This document shows positions 10,374-21,185 of a stretch of 64,000 nt of DNA, in pieces. The position numbers and the translations under genes are program-made. Under the pieces are notes generated by a model, which was given only the letters and a program-made list of their open reading frames with translations, was not told where the DNA came from and ran no database searches. Origin of the DNA: a virus. The first letter of the stretch is position 1; every line of letters begins with the position of its first letter. The DNA is taken from the IMG/VR virus record IMGVR_UViG_3300021376_000007. The stretch is one strand, 5' to 3'.

Positions 10374-10552
10374 ATTTGGCTATAGAAGTATTGACTTTTA
10401 TGGTAAAGCTTATTATTGCTTTATCATTGGGATTAATTCTTCTTCCCACTGTCTTAATTATTGCATTAGAATTTTTCTTTAGAGAATCTGATTTTGATGA
10501 CGTAATTGACTAAGTAGATGATATAATATACATCCTTGCAACGGAGGCACGG

Positions 10553-10585
10553 GAAAGGTCCTGACATTAGTCAGGACCTTTTCTT
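10553..10585 (+). terminator. Intrinsic terminator
   Basis: AAAGGTCCTGAC-ATTA-GTCAGGACCTTT followed by T-rich run. Confidence 0.7.
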
Positions 10586-10620
10586 GTTACTATACTTATT
10601 AAACCACTGGAGGGTGAGCA

Positions 10621-12567
10621 ATGAGGCTTAAGCCGCAAAAAGGTACTTGGATTCTTGGCGTACTTTTTTTTATTAGTGTTATTTTTTCTAATTTTTCTGT
10701 TTCTGCCCAAGCCGAACCAGGACTTAATGTAACTGTTTACAACAACTTTGGCTACAACAATTCGCCTCCACTCCCCACGGTCACCGGTCGTCCGGTCGTT
10801 GGAACCACCACTCTCACTCAAATCAATCAAAACTTCGACAGTACACCGCTGTTCAATATGTATGAAGACTTTATTGTTAAATATGAAGGCCACATAACAC
10901 TGCCCGTGACTGGCTCGTTTAGGTTTTTGCCCGCTGCGGATGACGGAACCAAACTCTATATAGACAATGTTTTGATAGACAACAACTGGGTTGACAAGGG
11001 CGGCTGGGGCAACCCGTCACAGTACGTTTCTTTTAGCGCTGGAGTTTCTAAGCCAATCACATATTGGTATTACGAAAATGGTGGCGGAGCCAATACGACT
11101 CTCTACTGGGATATAGGTTCGGGATGGCAGGTAGTTCCCGCCTCTGCTTTTACGAAGACTGTCGTTGCACCAACCACGACTACTACCAGTACTACAACTA
11201 CAACGATAGCGCCATACTTTAACTCTGTTCAAAATCTCACAGCGGTAGCAGACAACGATGGAAATGTTGTTTTGAATTGGAATGCCCCAACACCAAGCAA
11301 CACTGCCCCATATATGTACAACATTTTGTTTCATGACCTGGTTGATGGGGTAGAAGCTGGTGGTTGGGGAGTGTGGACATACGCCGTAAATACTTCATAC
11401 AGCCTCGGCCCATGGATGTGGCCTGGAACAACTGGATACGGACCAGTGAGATTTAAGATTCAGGCAGGGACAGCCCCATGCGTCGGAGAGGGTGCTGGGT
11501 CCTGTATGTACGGACCCCAGGCAACTGTTGATGCCGTGGTGATTGATCCTACTCCGCCCACTACTACCACTACAACAACTACAACGACTACTACTATTCC
11601 TCAAACCACCAGTACAACAATATTGTTATCGCCAAGCACGGTAGAGCAAACAACCACGGTACCAGAAACCACGGTGCAACAAACCACGACAACATCTACA
11701 ACAACCTCCACAACGACTATTCCAAACACTACCACTACACTGATTATTACACCAAGTTTAACGACAACAACATTGTCAAGTACAACGACAACAACACTAC
11801 CAATCCCAACAACAATACCAACAACGACAACTATTCCTGAAATTACAGAAACTATAACAACAGAAGAAGCTGTTGATTTGGCTACAAATAAAGATGTTTT
11901 GCAAGAAATAACGCAAGAACAAGCCACACAGGTTTTTCAATCAATTGATACTTCAGATATAACAGAAGAAGAAAAAACTCAAATCATTGAAGCTGTTCAG
12001 GATGCCCCGGCAGAAGTCAGAGAAGCTTTTGAAGAAGAAATAAATATCTATGCGGATGGATTTGACGATTATGTGCCAGTCGGTTCGGTAATTGATGTTG
12101 GAACTAGAAGAAGTCTTATAGCTGCAACTACAGTTCTTTCGACTGTAACAGTTCAAGCAGCAGCATCTGGTGGTTCTAGTGGTCCTTCTTCTCGCGGTCC
12201 ATCGCCATCTGGAGGTGGTGAATCTGGTGGATCAGGCTCAAACAATGCCGCCAGAAAAGAAGATGAGTCAGAAGAAGAAGAAGAAGAGGAAGTAGAAATA
12301 GAAGGTCCAGAAGGGGACGAAGAAGAAAATACCTTTACTAAAAATACTATATTCAAATATCAGGAGGGAACAATGAAAAGAACTTTTAATCCTTGGGGTT
12401 TTATTAAAAAGTTCGCAAAAGAAACAGCAGCATTAGCGTTTACTATATCTGGTACAGTGATTGTTTTTGCAACCCTTTCCGGAGACACAAGAAAAATTAC
12501 TTTAATAGCCACCAGTTGCGCGTTTGCGGTCCACTATATAAACGCAATGCTGCAAAATGATGAATAA
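10621..12567 (+). CDS. Membrane-anchored PA14 + FN3-like protein with Thr-rich linkers
   Basis: Signal peptide, PA14 motifs (ADDG, YENGG), poly-Thr stalks, acidic stretch, C-terminal TM helices. Confidence 0.75.
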   Translation: MRLKPQKGTWILGVLFFISVIFSNFSVSAQAEPGLNVTVYNNFGYNNSPPLPTVTGRPVVGTTTLTQINQNFDSTPLFNMYEDFIVKYEGHITLPVTGSFRFLPAADDGTKLYIDNVLIDNNWVDKGGWGNPSQYVSFSAGVSKPITYWYYENGGGANTTLYWDIGSGWQVVPASAFTKTVVAPTTTTTSTTTTTIAPYFNSVQNLTAVADNDGNVVLNWNAPTPSNTAPYMYNILFHDLVDGVEAGGWGVWTYAVNTSYSLGPWMWPGTTGYGPVRFKIQAGTAPCVGEGAGSCMYGPQATVDAVVIDPTPPTTTTTTTTTTTTIPQTTSTTILLSPSTVEQTTTVPETTVQQTTTTSTTTSTTTIPNTTTTLIITPSLTTTTLSSTTTTTLPIPTTIPTTTTIPEITETITTEEAVDLATNKDVLQEITQEQATQVFQSIDTSDITEEEKTQIIEAVQDAPAEVREAFEEEINIYADGFDDYVPVGSVIDVGTRRSLIAATTVLSTVTVQAAASGGSSGPSSRGPSPSGGGESGGSGSNNAARKEDESEEEEEEEVEIEGPEGDEEENTFTKNTIFKYQEGTMKRTFNPWGFIKKFAKETAALAFTISGTVIVFATLSGDTRKITLIATSCAFAVHYINAMLQNDE

Positions 12568-12600
12568 ATACAAATTTAATTATTACTATGGAGAGGGAAA

Positions 12601-12861
12601 TTGAAAACAACATATAATATTTTATTAAGAATCGTAGCTACTTTTGCCGCATCAGGGCTTAGCGTTATAGGCGCTGGAGCTATAGCTGGGGTGCCGCTAT
12701 GGAAAGCCTGTTTTATGGCTGGAATGGCTGGTGTTGCAACTGTGGTTGAAGGTCTTTCTAGGGCATTCCTTGATGATGGAAAACTTTCAGCTACAGAAAT
12801 CAACGAAGTTTTTAATAGACTTGAAAAAAAGAAACCAAATTCAAGTCAAGAAAATAAATAA
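12601..12861 (+). CDS. Holin-like membrane protein
   Basis: Two TM helices then DDGKLS..EINEVF; near the endolysin. Confidence 0.55.
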   Translation: MKTTYNILLRIVATFAASGLSVIGAGAIAGVPLWKACFMAGMAGVATVVEGLSRAFLDDGKLSATEINEVFNRLEKKKPNSSQENK

Positions 12862-12912
12862 AACAAACAAAGCTTGAGGGCTTAGTTAATAAACAAGGGA
12901 TTGGTTGAGGCC

Positions 12913-13624
12913 ATGCCTAATTTTTACAATTTATTAAGAGCAAGAAAATTTTCTACAGCAGCTGACACTGCTGTAGAAATAGCACCCAGCTCAAGTGCAA
13001 CACCTAATTTTGTAATAGAAGCAGGGCGGAAAATTAAAATGGTCTTCTGGCTCTGACACAGCAGACACTACATTATATAGATCCGCATCTAATACACTTA
13101 AAACGGATGATAGTTTTGATTTAGCTTCAGGGCATACCTATAAGATAGATGGAGCAGATGTTGTAACTGCTACATCCCTTGGTTCTTCTGTTGTGAGCTC
13201 TTCCTTGACTTCAGTTGGAACCTTATCTTCTTTAGAGATATCTGGAAGAACTGACGTATCAGAAATAAGAGAAACTGTTTCTAGTGTATCTATTTCAACA
13301 GGCGTTTTAACTTGTGACTATACTTCAGGCTGTGTTTTCTATATAGCTAGCATGAGTGGCGTTACTGCCAACTTCAGTGTTAATGTCACGAACGTTCCAA
13401 CAGATAATAACTACGCTATAACTATTTCAATTATAGTCAATCAAGGAGCTACTGGACGCTATCCTTCAAGCTTAACAATAAACTCAGGATCTAGTGAAAC
13501 TATTAGATGGGTCAACAACACCGCTCCATCTGTAAACGCAAATAAAATAGATATTTATAATTTTACATTAATTAGAGTATCTAGTGCTTGGGTGATTCTT
13601 GGCAGCGCAAGTAATAATTACTAG
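12913..13624 (+). CDS. Minor tail/fiber-type protein; needs +1 shift at CGGA 13027-13030
   Basis: IEAG-[CGGA=G]-KLKWSSGSDTADTTLYRSASNTLKTDD plus SSLTSVGTL fiber motif; 236 aa when joined. Confidence 0.7.
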
Positions 13625-13632
13625 GTTTTACA

Positions 13633-14473
13633 ATGCCATTCATAGGTTCAATATCAGGGGCAAGATCGCGGAAGAATATTTTCACTTGGAGGAATACCAG
13701 CAGCAGTTGGGTCAATAACACTAACTGCTGGTGATGCAAACGACACTTTCAGCTGGTCCGCTCCACCAAATGGCGGACTTGAAATCACTCAATATGGATA
13801 TCAAACTAGCACGAATAATGGTTCTACCTGGAGCGCTGAAACAATTATCTATACAGCTTCTGCTACATTAAATACTCAATATAGTGCAAGCTCATTTAGA
13901 ATTAGGGTTAGAGCTTATAATGCAGCTGGCTTTGGAGACTATAGCAATATATCAAGTTCTGGAACAGTTGTATGGGGTTATAATCCTGAATCAGATTCAG
14001 CCTCCTGTTCAGAATCGTGTTCTGAATCATGTAGTTGTGGACCTTGTGATTGTGGTGCCAATACCGGAACTAGAACTGGAACAAAAACTGGAACAAAATC
14101 AAGAACTTGCTATAGGTACACTAGAGCTGGATCTACTTCTTCTGGTCTTGTAGACTGTGGTGGCTATGGAGCCTGTGGTAGTTTTGGAGCTTGCGGCAAT
14201 TTTGGAGCTTGCGGTTCTTGTAGCGGATGCACTGCGTGGACTACCGCAAGCACATATGCTTGTGTGTACGCAACAGGCATAAATGGTGCCGCAACTGGTT
14301 ATTACTCCCAAAACGTGCTTGGCTCCGGATGGATTTATTATTCTGATAGCGGATGTAACAATGCTTCTAGCTGTGGTAGTGGTTTGACTGGTACAAACAA
14401 TTTAGAATATTGTTCTGCGAGTGGCGGCTATAGAGCAAATGGTAGCGCATGTCTGGATGTTTCGTGCTGTTAG
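13633..14473 (+). CDS. FN3 + Cys-rich virion-type protein; needs +1 shift at CGGA 13669-13672
   Basis: MPFIGSISGARS-[CGGA=G]-RIFSLGG...WSAPPNGG..ITQY...IRVRAYNAAGFGDYS (FN3), then Cys-rich C-terminus. The long frame has no start codon before 14264; 279 aa when joined. Confidence 0.7.
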
Positions 14474-14522
14474 TATTTAAATAAACCTACATATGATATA
14501 ATATAATTTAAAGGAGTTTTTT

Positions 14523-14738
14523 ATGAGTAGATATTCTTATATTGTGGATAGAGAAGTGGCTGCAATATTTCAAGTTCCGGATATGATAGATGGTTCAACT
14601 GATCTTCCGCCAAATTTAGAACGTTTGCATGCGATTTTAAAAAGTAAACCAATTGTAATTGAATTAACAGAAGACTATGGGGCTGTAGAAGAAGGACATA
14701 TTTGGGATGGAACATCCTTTAGTCCGCCAGAGGTGTAA
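14523..14738 (+). CDS. Small tail-associated protein
   Basis: AAGGAG SD; GHIWDGTSFSPP C-terminal motif seen next to tail fibers. Confidence 0.5.
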   Translation: MSRYSYIVDREVAAIFQVPDMIDGSTDLPPNLERLHAILKSKPIVIELTEDYGAVEEGHIWDGTSFSPPEV

Positions 14739-14741
14739 AGT

Positions 14742-14987
14742 ATGACCAATCCATGGCAAGAATGGAAAAAGAAAAACATAGAACGTCAAGCTACTGGTAT
14801 AGTTCGTCCTTGGGATTTTGCTAATCCTGAAACAGAATATGTTTTAGAAGAAGATCAAAATAAACGTTTTTCAATTTGTGAAGACTGTGATAAATTAACT
14901 ATAGCAAAAACGTGTAAAGAATGCGGCTGTTTTATGCCAGCAAAAACAAAATTATTGCATGCATCATGCCCATTGCAAAAATGGTAA
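14742..14987 (+). CDS. Cys-rich metal-binding protein
   Basis: CEDC..CKECGCFM..KT.L...CP..KW. Confidence 0.6.
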   Translation: MTNPWQEWKKKNIERQATGIVRPWDFANPETEYVLEEDQNKRFSICEDCDKLTIAKTCKECGCFMPAKTKLLHASCPLQKW

Positions 14988-15020
14988 CTATTTAAACTTC
15001 TGATAACCAATAGTTTTTCA

Positions 15021-15338
15021 TTATTTATATCCTTTTACTAGGCCATCAGGTATTGCAGCCAATCTACAATATCCATTGTCTTCAACTTTTTGTGCGACTA
15101 TTTTGCATACACCATTGCCCTCGTACATGGCACAATTTCCGCATTTAACTCCTATTGATAGATTGTCATTTTCTATCCCTGGAACATAGCCAACCCAAAT
15201 ACCATTGCCATCACCATTAGATAGCTTACCATACTTGGAAACTATTGTTAACATTGCGTTAACGTACTCTTGTTCTGCAGCTGGCATTTGCATTTCAATT
15301 TGTTTTAAAAATTCAGCTAACCAATATTCTTTCATCAT
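15021..15338 (-). CDS. HiPIP-like Cys-motif protein
   Basis: CGNC..Y...CKIV...GYC spacing. Confidence 0.5.
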   Translation of the reverse strand: MMKEYWLAEFLKQIEMQMPAAEQEYVNAMLTIVSKYGKLSNGDGNGIWVGYVPGIENDNLSIGVKCGNCAMYEGNGVCKIVAQKVEDNGYCRLAAIPDGLVKGYK

Positions 15339-15420
15339 AACCTACTTATCATTTTTAGCAAATATATATCCCAATATCCACATTAAAATTAAAGATGTCA
15401 TTAGTATAGCCGGAATCATG

Positions 15421-16290
15421 TTATCCGTCCGACATTAAAGATTGTCTTAAAGCTCTTTGACGATTATATTCAAATTCAGCTTTTTGATTTCTATTTTTTA
15501 CTTTACCGATACCAAATCCTGCAGCAGAAGCAAGAGCAGCAACTCCTGCAGCCCTTATGTTTTTTGATGCTTTTGCTCCTTGATAAACCCTTTTAGATAA
15601 AGCTTTTGAAGCTTCCATAAGCTCTTCTGTTATTCCGCCAGCCACTCTTGCTGAAGATACACTTGGCGCCGCTACAGGAGGCGTTCCATGTCCGGCAGCA
15701 CTTCTCAATACGGCATTTGATGGCGCAGAAGCTGACGCAACTGTTCTGGCTGTACTTGGTGGAGGAGTAGGAACAGCATTTGCAGAAACCGCTGCATTTG
15801 GGTTTGAAACATTTACAGGAGATACACTTCCAGTATTTCCTACTGTTGTAGAAACATTTTGAGCCCTAGTCCCAGCTGCTACTCCAGATCTTTTTTGTTG
15901 ATGTTTATCTACAGCTCTTTCTATTTCTTCTACAGCTATATCATAAAGTTCTTTAAGGCCTTCTTTTTTATCTCCGTCTGCGCCTATTGTTTTTTGGACT
16001 TGATCTTGTAGTTGTTTTTCAATTTTCGCTTCAGCTTTTTCGCTAATTTTATCTACGACATCTTTTGATTCTTCTTCTGCTTTTTTATCATCTTTTGGTT
16101 TTTGATTAGTTGATGGAGCAGATGGTTTTGGTTGAGATGGCGAATTTGGAGATGGTGTTACAGATTTTTGGTCAACTGATACAGCTTTGTCTATTACTGT
16201 TCTAGAAGCTTTTTCCAAAGGTTTTTCTTCATTGGGTTTAAAGGATAATGAATCCTTGTCTTCATCTTCCGGAGAATTTATCTCATTCAT
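15421..16290 (-). CDS. Low-complexity protein with basic Ala-rich C-terminus (possible internal virion protein)
   Basis: 289 aa; Pro/Ser/Ala-rich. Confidence 0.55.
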   Translation of the reverse strand: MNEINSPEDEDKDSLSFKPNEEKPLEKASRTVIDKAVSVDQKSVTPSPNSPSQPKPSAPSTNQKPKDDKKAEEESKDVVDKISEKAEAKIEKQLQDQVQKTIGADGDKKEGLKELYDIAVEEIERAVDKHQQKRSGVAAGTRAQNVSTTVGNTGSVSPVNVSNPNAAVSANAVPTPPPSTARTVASASAPSNAVLRSAAGHGTPPVAAPSVSSARVAGGITEELMEASKALSKRVYQGAKASKNIRAAGVAALASAAGFGIGKVKNRNQKAEFEYNRQRALRQSLMSDG

Positions 16291-16306
16291 TTTAACCTAC
16301 CGTATG

Positions 16307-16510
16307 TTAATTTGGTATACAAACTCTTTTGCAATAAAAAATATTGTCAACATGCTCATATATTATACCTTTAATTAAAGATCTTTTGCAGGTCGGGCAA
16401 ACATATGGATCTGCACCTTTGCCTCCATAATAAAGTATAGTTTTTCCTGGCAAAACTAAATTCTGTTTTTTGTTTCCTGAATTTACTTTAGCTGGTTTTT
16501 TACCTGCCAT
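16307..16510 (-). CDS. Small zinc-finger protein
   Basis: CPTC...YCKRVC. Confidence 0.5.
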   Translation of the reverse strand: MAGKKPAKVNSGNKKQNLVLPGKTILYYGGKGADPYVCPTCKRSLIKGIIYEHVDNIFYCKRVCIPN

Positions 16511-16530
16511 GGCCTACCTTCAATTTTACA

Positions 16531-16550
16531 TTACTATATGTTAATAGTAA
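16531..16550. promoter_or_regulatory. Paired TTACTAT motifs between divergent genes
   Basis: TTACTAT 16531-16537 (+) and its reverse complement ATAGTAA 16544-16550. Confidence 0.5.
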
Positions 16551-16592
16551 CTGTTCAATTTTATTCACGATTGTTGATTTGGGTTTATTTTT

Positions 16593-18228
16593 ATGGGATT
16601 GTTCTCCAGTTTAAAACAAAAAATTCAAAGTATTCAAGAAGAACTTGAAAGGTCTCAGCAACAATATCAAGCTGCGCTATATCCAAAAACTTTTAAATTA
16701 TCTAAATTAGAAGATATAATTTTTAGCGACTCAACCATAGAGCCTATAGGACCAATTCCCCTATTGAAGGATGTCTTCCCGTTCGAGCGCGTTGATACTA
16801 CTTTAGATCTAGTGTCTGATCTTAAAACTCTTTTTGGAGGAGGAAAATTTGACGACTCCAGCATTCGTATATCTTCTATAGACTCAAGAGGAATCTTACC
16901 AATTGGTATTCCTGTTCCAATTTCCGAAATTGCAGAAGAAAACATTGTTGCCATTCTCGGAGAAAAAGCTTTTCAAGCTATGGATGAATCAGATACTACG
17001 CTTGGTTTTTATTCATCAGGAGCCCTCTTCGACCCCGAACACAAAAAGGTTTTAGCTGATTCAGGAATCGATATAGCCCAGCACCCTACTGCAACTAGTT
17101 TAATTGCTATTAGAGATAAAATAGCTAAATATGATTATGAGCTTATTCAGGCAATTGGAGAAGGAGGACAAAAAAGTTCAATTCCAGCTCCACTTGACGC
17201 TTTTAGTACAGTTGCACACGAATTAACGCACGCAGCTTCTTCCTTTGAATACAAAAGGTCTCAATCTTTTGCAGACGCTCTGTTGCTTCATCAAATAGGA
17301 AATCTTAGGCATCACATATCCACTGCCGCTCCAGGATCTATGACTTTCGATGACCCTGTTGTAGTCAACGCCATGGACGCTGCTAGGTTCGTAATGAACC
17401 AGCAAGCTGTTGAAGAAGTCACTGCCCAAGTAGGGTCTATTGCTTTTGCTGAAAGAGCTGGAATTCCATTAACCAGATCAATTATTCTTACTGGGTATCA
17501 TAGCCCGTCCTCTTTTGGCCCATACTCTGAAGGGCCTCTTGGATTATTGAGTGAACAAGTTGTAGAAATGGTTAAGAGAGGTTTGATTAGAAAACCAGAT
17601 GGCTCTTTGTATACCCCCGAAGATTCTGCATTTTTTACCAGTCACATTGCACAAGAACTACAGATGCAGGGGGCGTCGGTTTATAATGCTGGAATGCTAA
17701 GGTCTCTTGCTCAAGCCCGCCGCCCCCGGTACGGGATTCATCCCCGGGGGTGCCGCCCACGTCATGCTCGAGAGGGCCGGCATCCACATTGATCCACAAA
17801 GTTTTTTTAGTCATGCTGAATATGTCGTAGAGAGTAAAATTCTTGGGGTAGAAGCTGGAGTCGCCGGACTTGGTCAAGAAGGTGTTCCTTTTCCTGGTTT
17901 AATGGAAAAAACAAAAGAAATATTAGCAGGAAAAAACCCAACCGTTCCAGAAGACATAGGTAGAGTGGTTGAAATTATTCCAAATGAACAAAAAATGGCC
18001 GCTTCTGTAGCTACTACTGCAGCCGCTGCTGCATCTACTACAGCTTCAAGGGCAGCCCCTGTTGCCGCTCGTGCCTTAGGTGGATCTGCATCAGCTACCA
18101 AAAGGAACCTTCATGCTGCAGCAGAAGTAGCTAGTGCAGTTTCAACAGGAACTAAGGCGTCTAAAGGTTTAGGAGCAAGAGCAGTAAAACTTCTTAGAGG
18201 AACTAACTTTGGAAGACTATTTCGTTAG
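16593..18228 (+). CDS. HEXXH zinc metalloprotease-like protein, split by a +1 shift within 17701-17790
   Basis: AHELTHA and downstream VEE. ORFs 16593-17792 and 17707-18228 overlap in +1 register across a GC-rich anomaly. Confidence 0.55.
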
Positions 18229-19235
18229 CTTCTCCAAAGCCATTCTGGATGTTTCTTTGTCCATTCAACTGTAGTTTGCAAAGACTGCTCCAAAGGAATT
18301 GGGGCAACCCATCCAGCTTTGGCTAGCTTTGTTCCGTCTAGGGCATAACGAAGATCGTGCCCAGGACGTGTAGTGTGAAAATCTTCAAACTCAAACTGAA
18401 GTTCCTTGCCCCAGTAGAAAGCAACCATCTTTGCCATCTCTAGGTTGTCTACTTCTCTTTCTCCAACAATGTGATACTTGTCTGGTCTGTCAGCATTTGG
18501 GTAGGAGATCGCTGGAAGATTTTTTAGTATAAATAATAAAGCGTCTGCTTGATTTCTTGCGTGAAGATAATATCTGGAACCAATATTCTCTGGTGTTCCA
18601 TGAATTGTCATAGGAACGTTTTTCTCTAGGCAATACATGATCTTTGGAACAAACTTCTCTGGATCTTGACGTTCTCCAATAATGTTCATTGTATTAGTGA
18701 TTACAACCGGAACTTCAAATGTTCTCCAATAAGAAATGCATGCAGCCTCTTGTGCAGCTTTTGATCCAGAGTAAGGATTGGACGGCAAGATTGTGTCCCA
18801 CTCTATGTGAGCATACCCCTTTGGTGCCGGACCGTATACCTCATCTGTTGAAACGTGAAGAAATACTTCTGGCTGAATTTTTCTAGCCAATTCCAACATG
18901 TTTACGACAAGTGCAACGTTGTTCAAAATAAATGGTGCAGGGTCGGTAATTGATCTGTCAACATGTGAATCAGATGCCATAGAAATAATATAATCAATGT
19001 GCCCCATATCTTTAATCATTACATCAGAAAATGGAACAGTTAGATCATGAGTAATTAACTGAACACGATGTCTTTCTGCTTCCCAGCACCCAATGGAAGT
19101 AATGCGGTCAGTTACTCCTCGATGACGGAACGAATCACTGATGACAACATCCCAGTCAGTTGTTTTCAAAATGTGCTCCAGAGTATGATGGCCTACAAAT
19201 CCACCAGCTCCTGTTAAAAACACTCTTTTATTCAT
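18225..19235 (-). CDS. dTDP-glucose 4,6-dehydratase-like SDR (RmlB family)
   Basis: TGAGGFVG, SHVDRSI, STDEVYG, YSGSK and RPGHDLRYALD motifs. Confidence 0.85.
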   Translation of the reverse strand: MNKRVFLTGAGGFVGHHTLEHILKTTDWDVVISDSFRHRGVTDRITSIGCWEAERHRVQLITHDLTVPFSDVMIKDMGHIDYIISMASDSHVDRSITDPAPFILNNVALVVNMLELARKIQPEVFLHVSTDEVYGPAPKGYAHIEWDTILPSNPYSGSKAAQEAACISYWRTFEVPVVITNTMNIIGERQDPEKFVPKIMYCLEKNVPMTIHGTPENIGSRYYLHARNQADALLFILKNLPAISYPNADRPDKYHIVGEREVDNLEMAKMVAFYWGKELQFEFEDFHTTRPGHDLRYALDGTKLAKAGWVAPIPLEQSLQTTVEWTKKHPEWLWRS

Positions 19236-19257
19236 TGTTATTTCCTTTTATTTTAGA

Positions 19258-19331
<74 letters not shown>

Positions 19332-19409
19332 AAAGCCTTACTATGTGCTTATGAGCTTTATAAATATTATTCTATTGTTTCTAACCATCATTTGTAGCTG
19401 GCGCGCCTA

Positions 19410-19684
19410 TCATTCTTTATTTTTTAATCCGCTTGCACTGATTCCGTAACCAGACGGCAATCCCTTGTCGTCTAAATCATATCCACCAACCTTGACCTGA
19501 GAGCAGAAATTTTCTGCTATTTGCAATATTGGGTCAAGCGCTTCTGGAAACTGCTTGTTAGTATAAATGTATATTTCGCTAAGAGCATTTGTTATTCTTA
19601 GGGAAGCATTGTGTATTTTTTCGTGCTCTAATCCTGTTTTTGACAAGACCTCATACACTTGTCTGTACACTTTTGTGTAGTTCA
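19410..19684 (-). CDS. Hypothetical protein
   Basis: AAGGA SD and TGGTATAAT extended -10 upstream; start approximate. Confidence 0.5.
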
Positions 19685-19818
19685 TTTTTTGTATCCTTTG
19701 CAAAAGTTCGGCGCTTTAAATTCTAGGACATTAATTATACCATAAAAAAAACAAAAAAATCAGTACTATAAACTTGTGATTTTTTAAAAAACAGGATAAG
19801 AAAAGCTTTTAATATATT

Positions 19819-20890
19819 ATGGACGGTGTCACAAGAAAACTAGGAGAAGCTGCAGAAGACATACCAGAAGATGCTCTTAAAATAGACATAGATGGCAAAG
19901 TTTATTTATTACATCACTCTCGTACTAGATTAGAAGTTGGAGAGAAGATACTAGCTTCTGGATCTCCTGGATTAAAACAATCTACAGCTGGTGATGCCTT
20001 TGCTGGATTTTCATACGGTTGGGACGCACGAGATCCAGAAGCAGTCACAAACGCCATACGTGGAGGAGGTTTTTCAAATGATAATCCATCACCACACGTT
20101 TATATAACAGTAGCCGACGAATCTCAAATACATCCAGATTTAAACGTTCCCAATTCTTTATCTAGAGCTGTAAGGGGTGAACAAACAATTCTTGCTAGCA
20201 TCTCGAGGCTGCCAAATGAAAGTGTTGAAGATTTTTCTGTAAGAATAAGAGATAAGCTTGGAGTTTTGGGAAGAGATCTTGGAGTTGATTTATCTCCAAG
20301 AACAGTTGAAGAATCAGCTCTTGTAAATCTACGGATTGACTGTATCAGATAGAGCAAACGCTGCTCTTGAAGCTACTCAAGAATCAGTCGGAAAACAATT
20401 TTTGCAGGACCATATATCGGATCTTTCGGAGCCAAGTGCCCATAGAAGAAGAGAAGTCGCAATGGCCGCACTTGAAATTGCAAAAGAACGAAAACCACGA
20501 GAAGCTGCTCTTATTCTCACTCCTGTTCGCAGCGGAAGAGCAGCAGCAGCTACAGTTTTGCAGACTGGACTTGATAAAATAAAAGAAGCAGAGGAAGCTT
20601 TCATAAGGGGGGCTGGCGGAATGCAAGCGGTTGTTGATGCGGCAATTGAATCCAGATTTCATGGATATTCAGATAAATATCCCGGCGTTGCAAGAAAATT
20701 TGAACCAATAAAAGAATTAATGGAAGGACCAGCTAAAGAAATTGCAGGCAAAAGAGTTGGGGTTATGTCAAAGAAAACTCTTAAAGGAGTTTTAGGCGCT
20801 CTTCGAGCTGCAGCAGCAGTGGCTGCACGAGGTAAAAAGGGTCTAACCGCAAGCGATATTGGCGAAGGATTACTCGGCGAAATATTATAA
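19819..20890 (+). CDS. Putative ADP-ribosyltransferase-like protein; needs +1 shift at CGGA 20332-20335
   Basis: YLLHHSRTRLEVGEKI...VYITV...PDLN resembles an Arr-type ART core; VNL-[CGGA=G]-LTVSDR joins two ORFs; 356 aa. Confidence 0.5.
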
Positions 20891-21185
20891 TCGGCGATTT
20901 AAATCTCTAAGATTTTAAAAAGTTAGTTTAAAACTCTATCTTTTTTCTTACGATTTTTAACTCTCATCTTAATTCTTAAAGCTGAGTTGCTGTTATGAAG
21001 CTTTGAATTGTATTTAATTTTTGCTAGTTCTGATTCAAAAAAAGACATTTTTCTCCTTAAAGATTTTAACCATAATAATAACAGCATTTTTTGTAAAACA
21101 GTTCCCAAAGATGATGTGACATATAAAAAAAAATAACTTTGAAAGCATAAAAAATTACTATTATCAAAGCAGAACAGGAGAGCAC

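Noticed and set aside
11160-11860. ACN-rich repeats (also 44830-44965) as CRISPR or satellite arrays
   Set aside because: They are in-frame poly-Thr linkers with no repeat-spacer periodicity and no cas genes.
13884-14153. ORF-track entries 13884-14153, 49028-49765, 62075-62776 and similar
   Set aside because: Alternative-frame or antisense shadows of better-supported genes.
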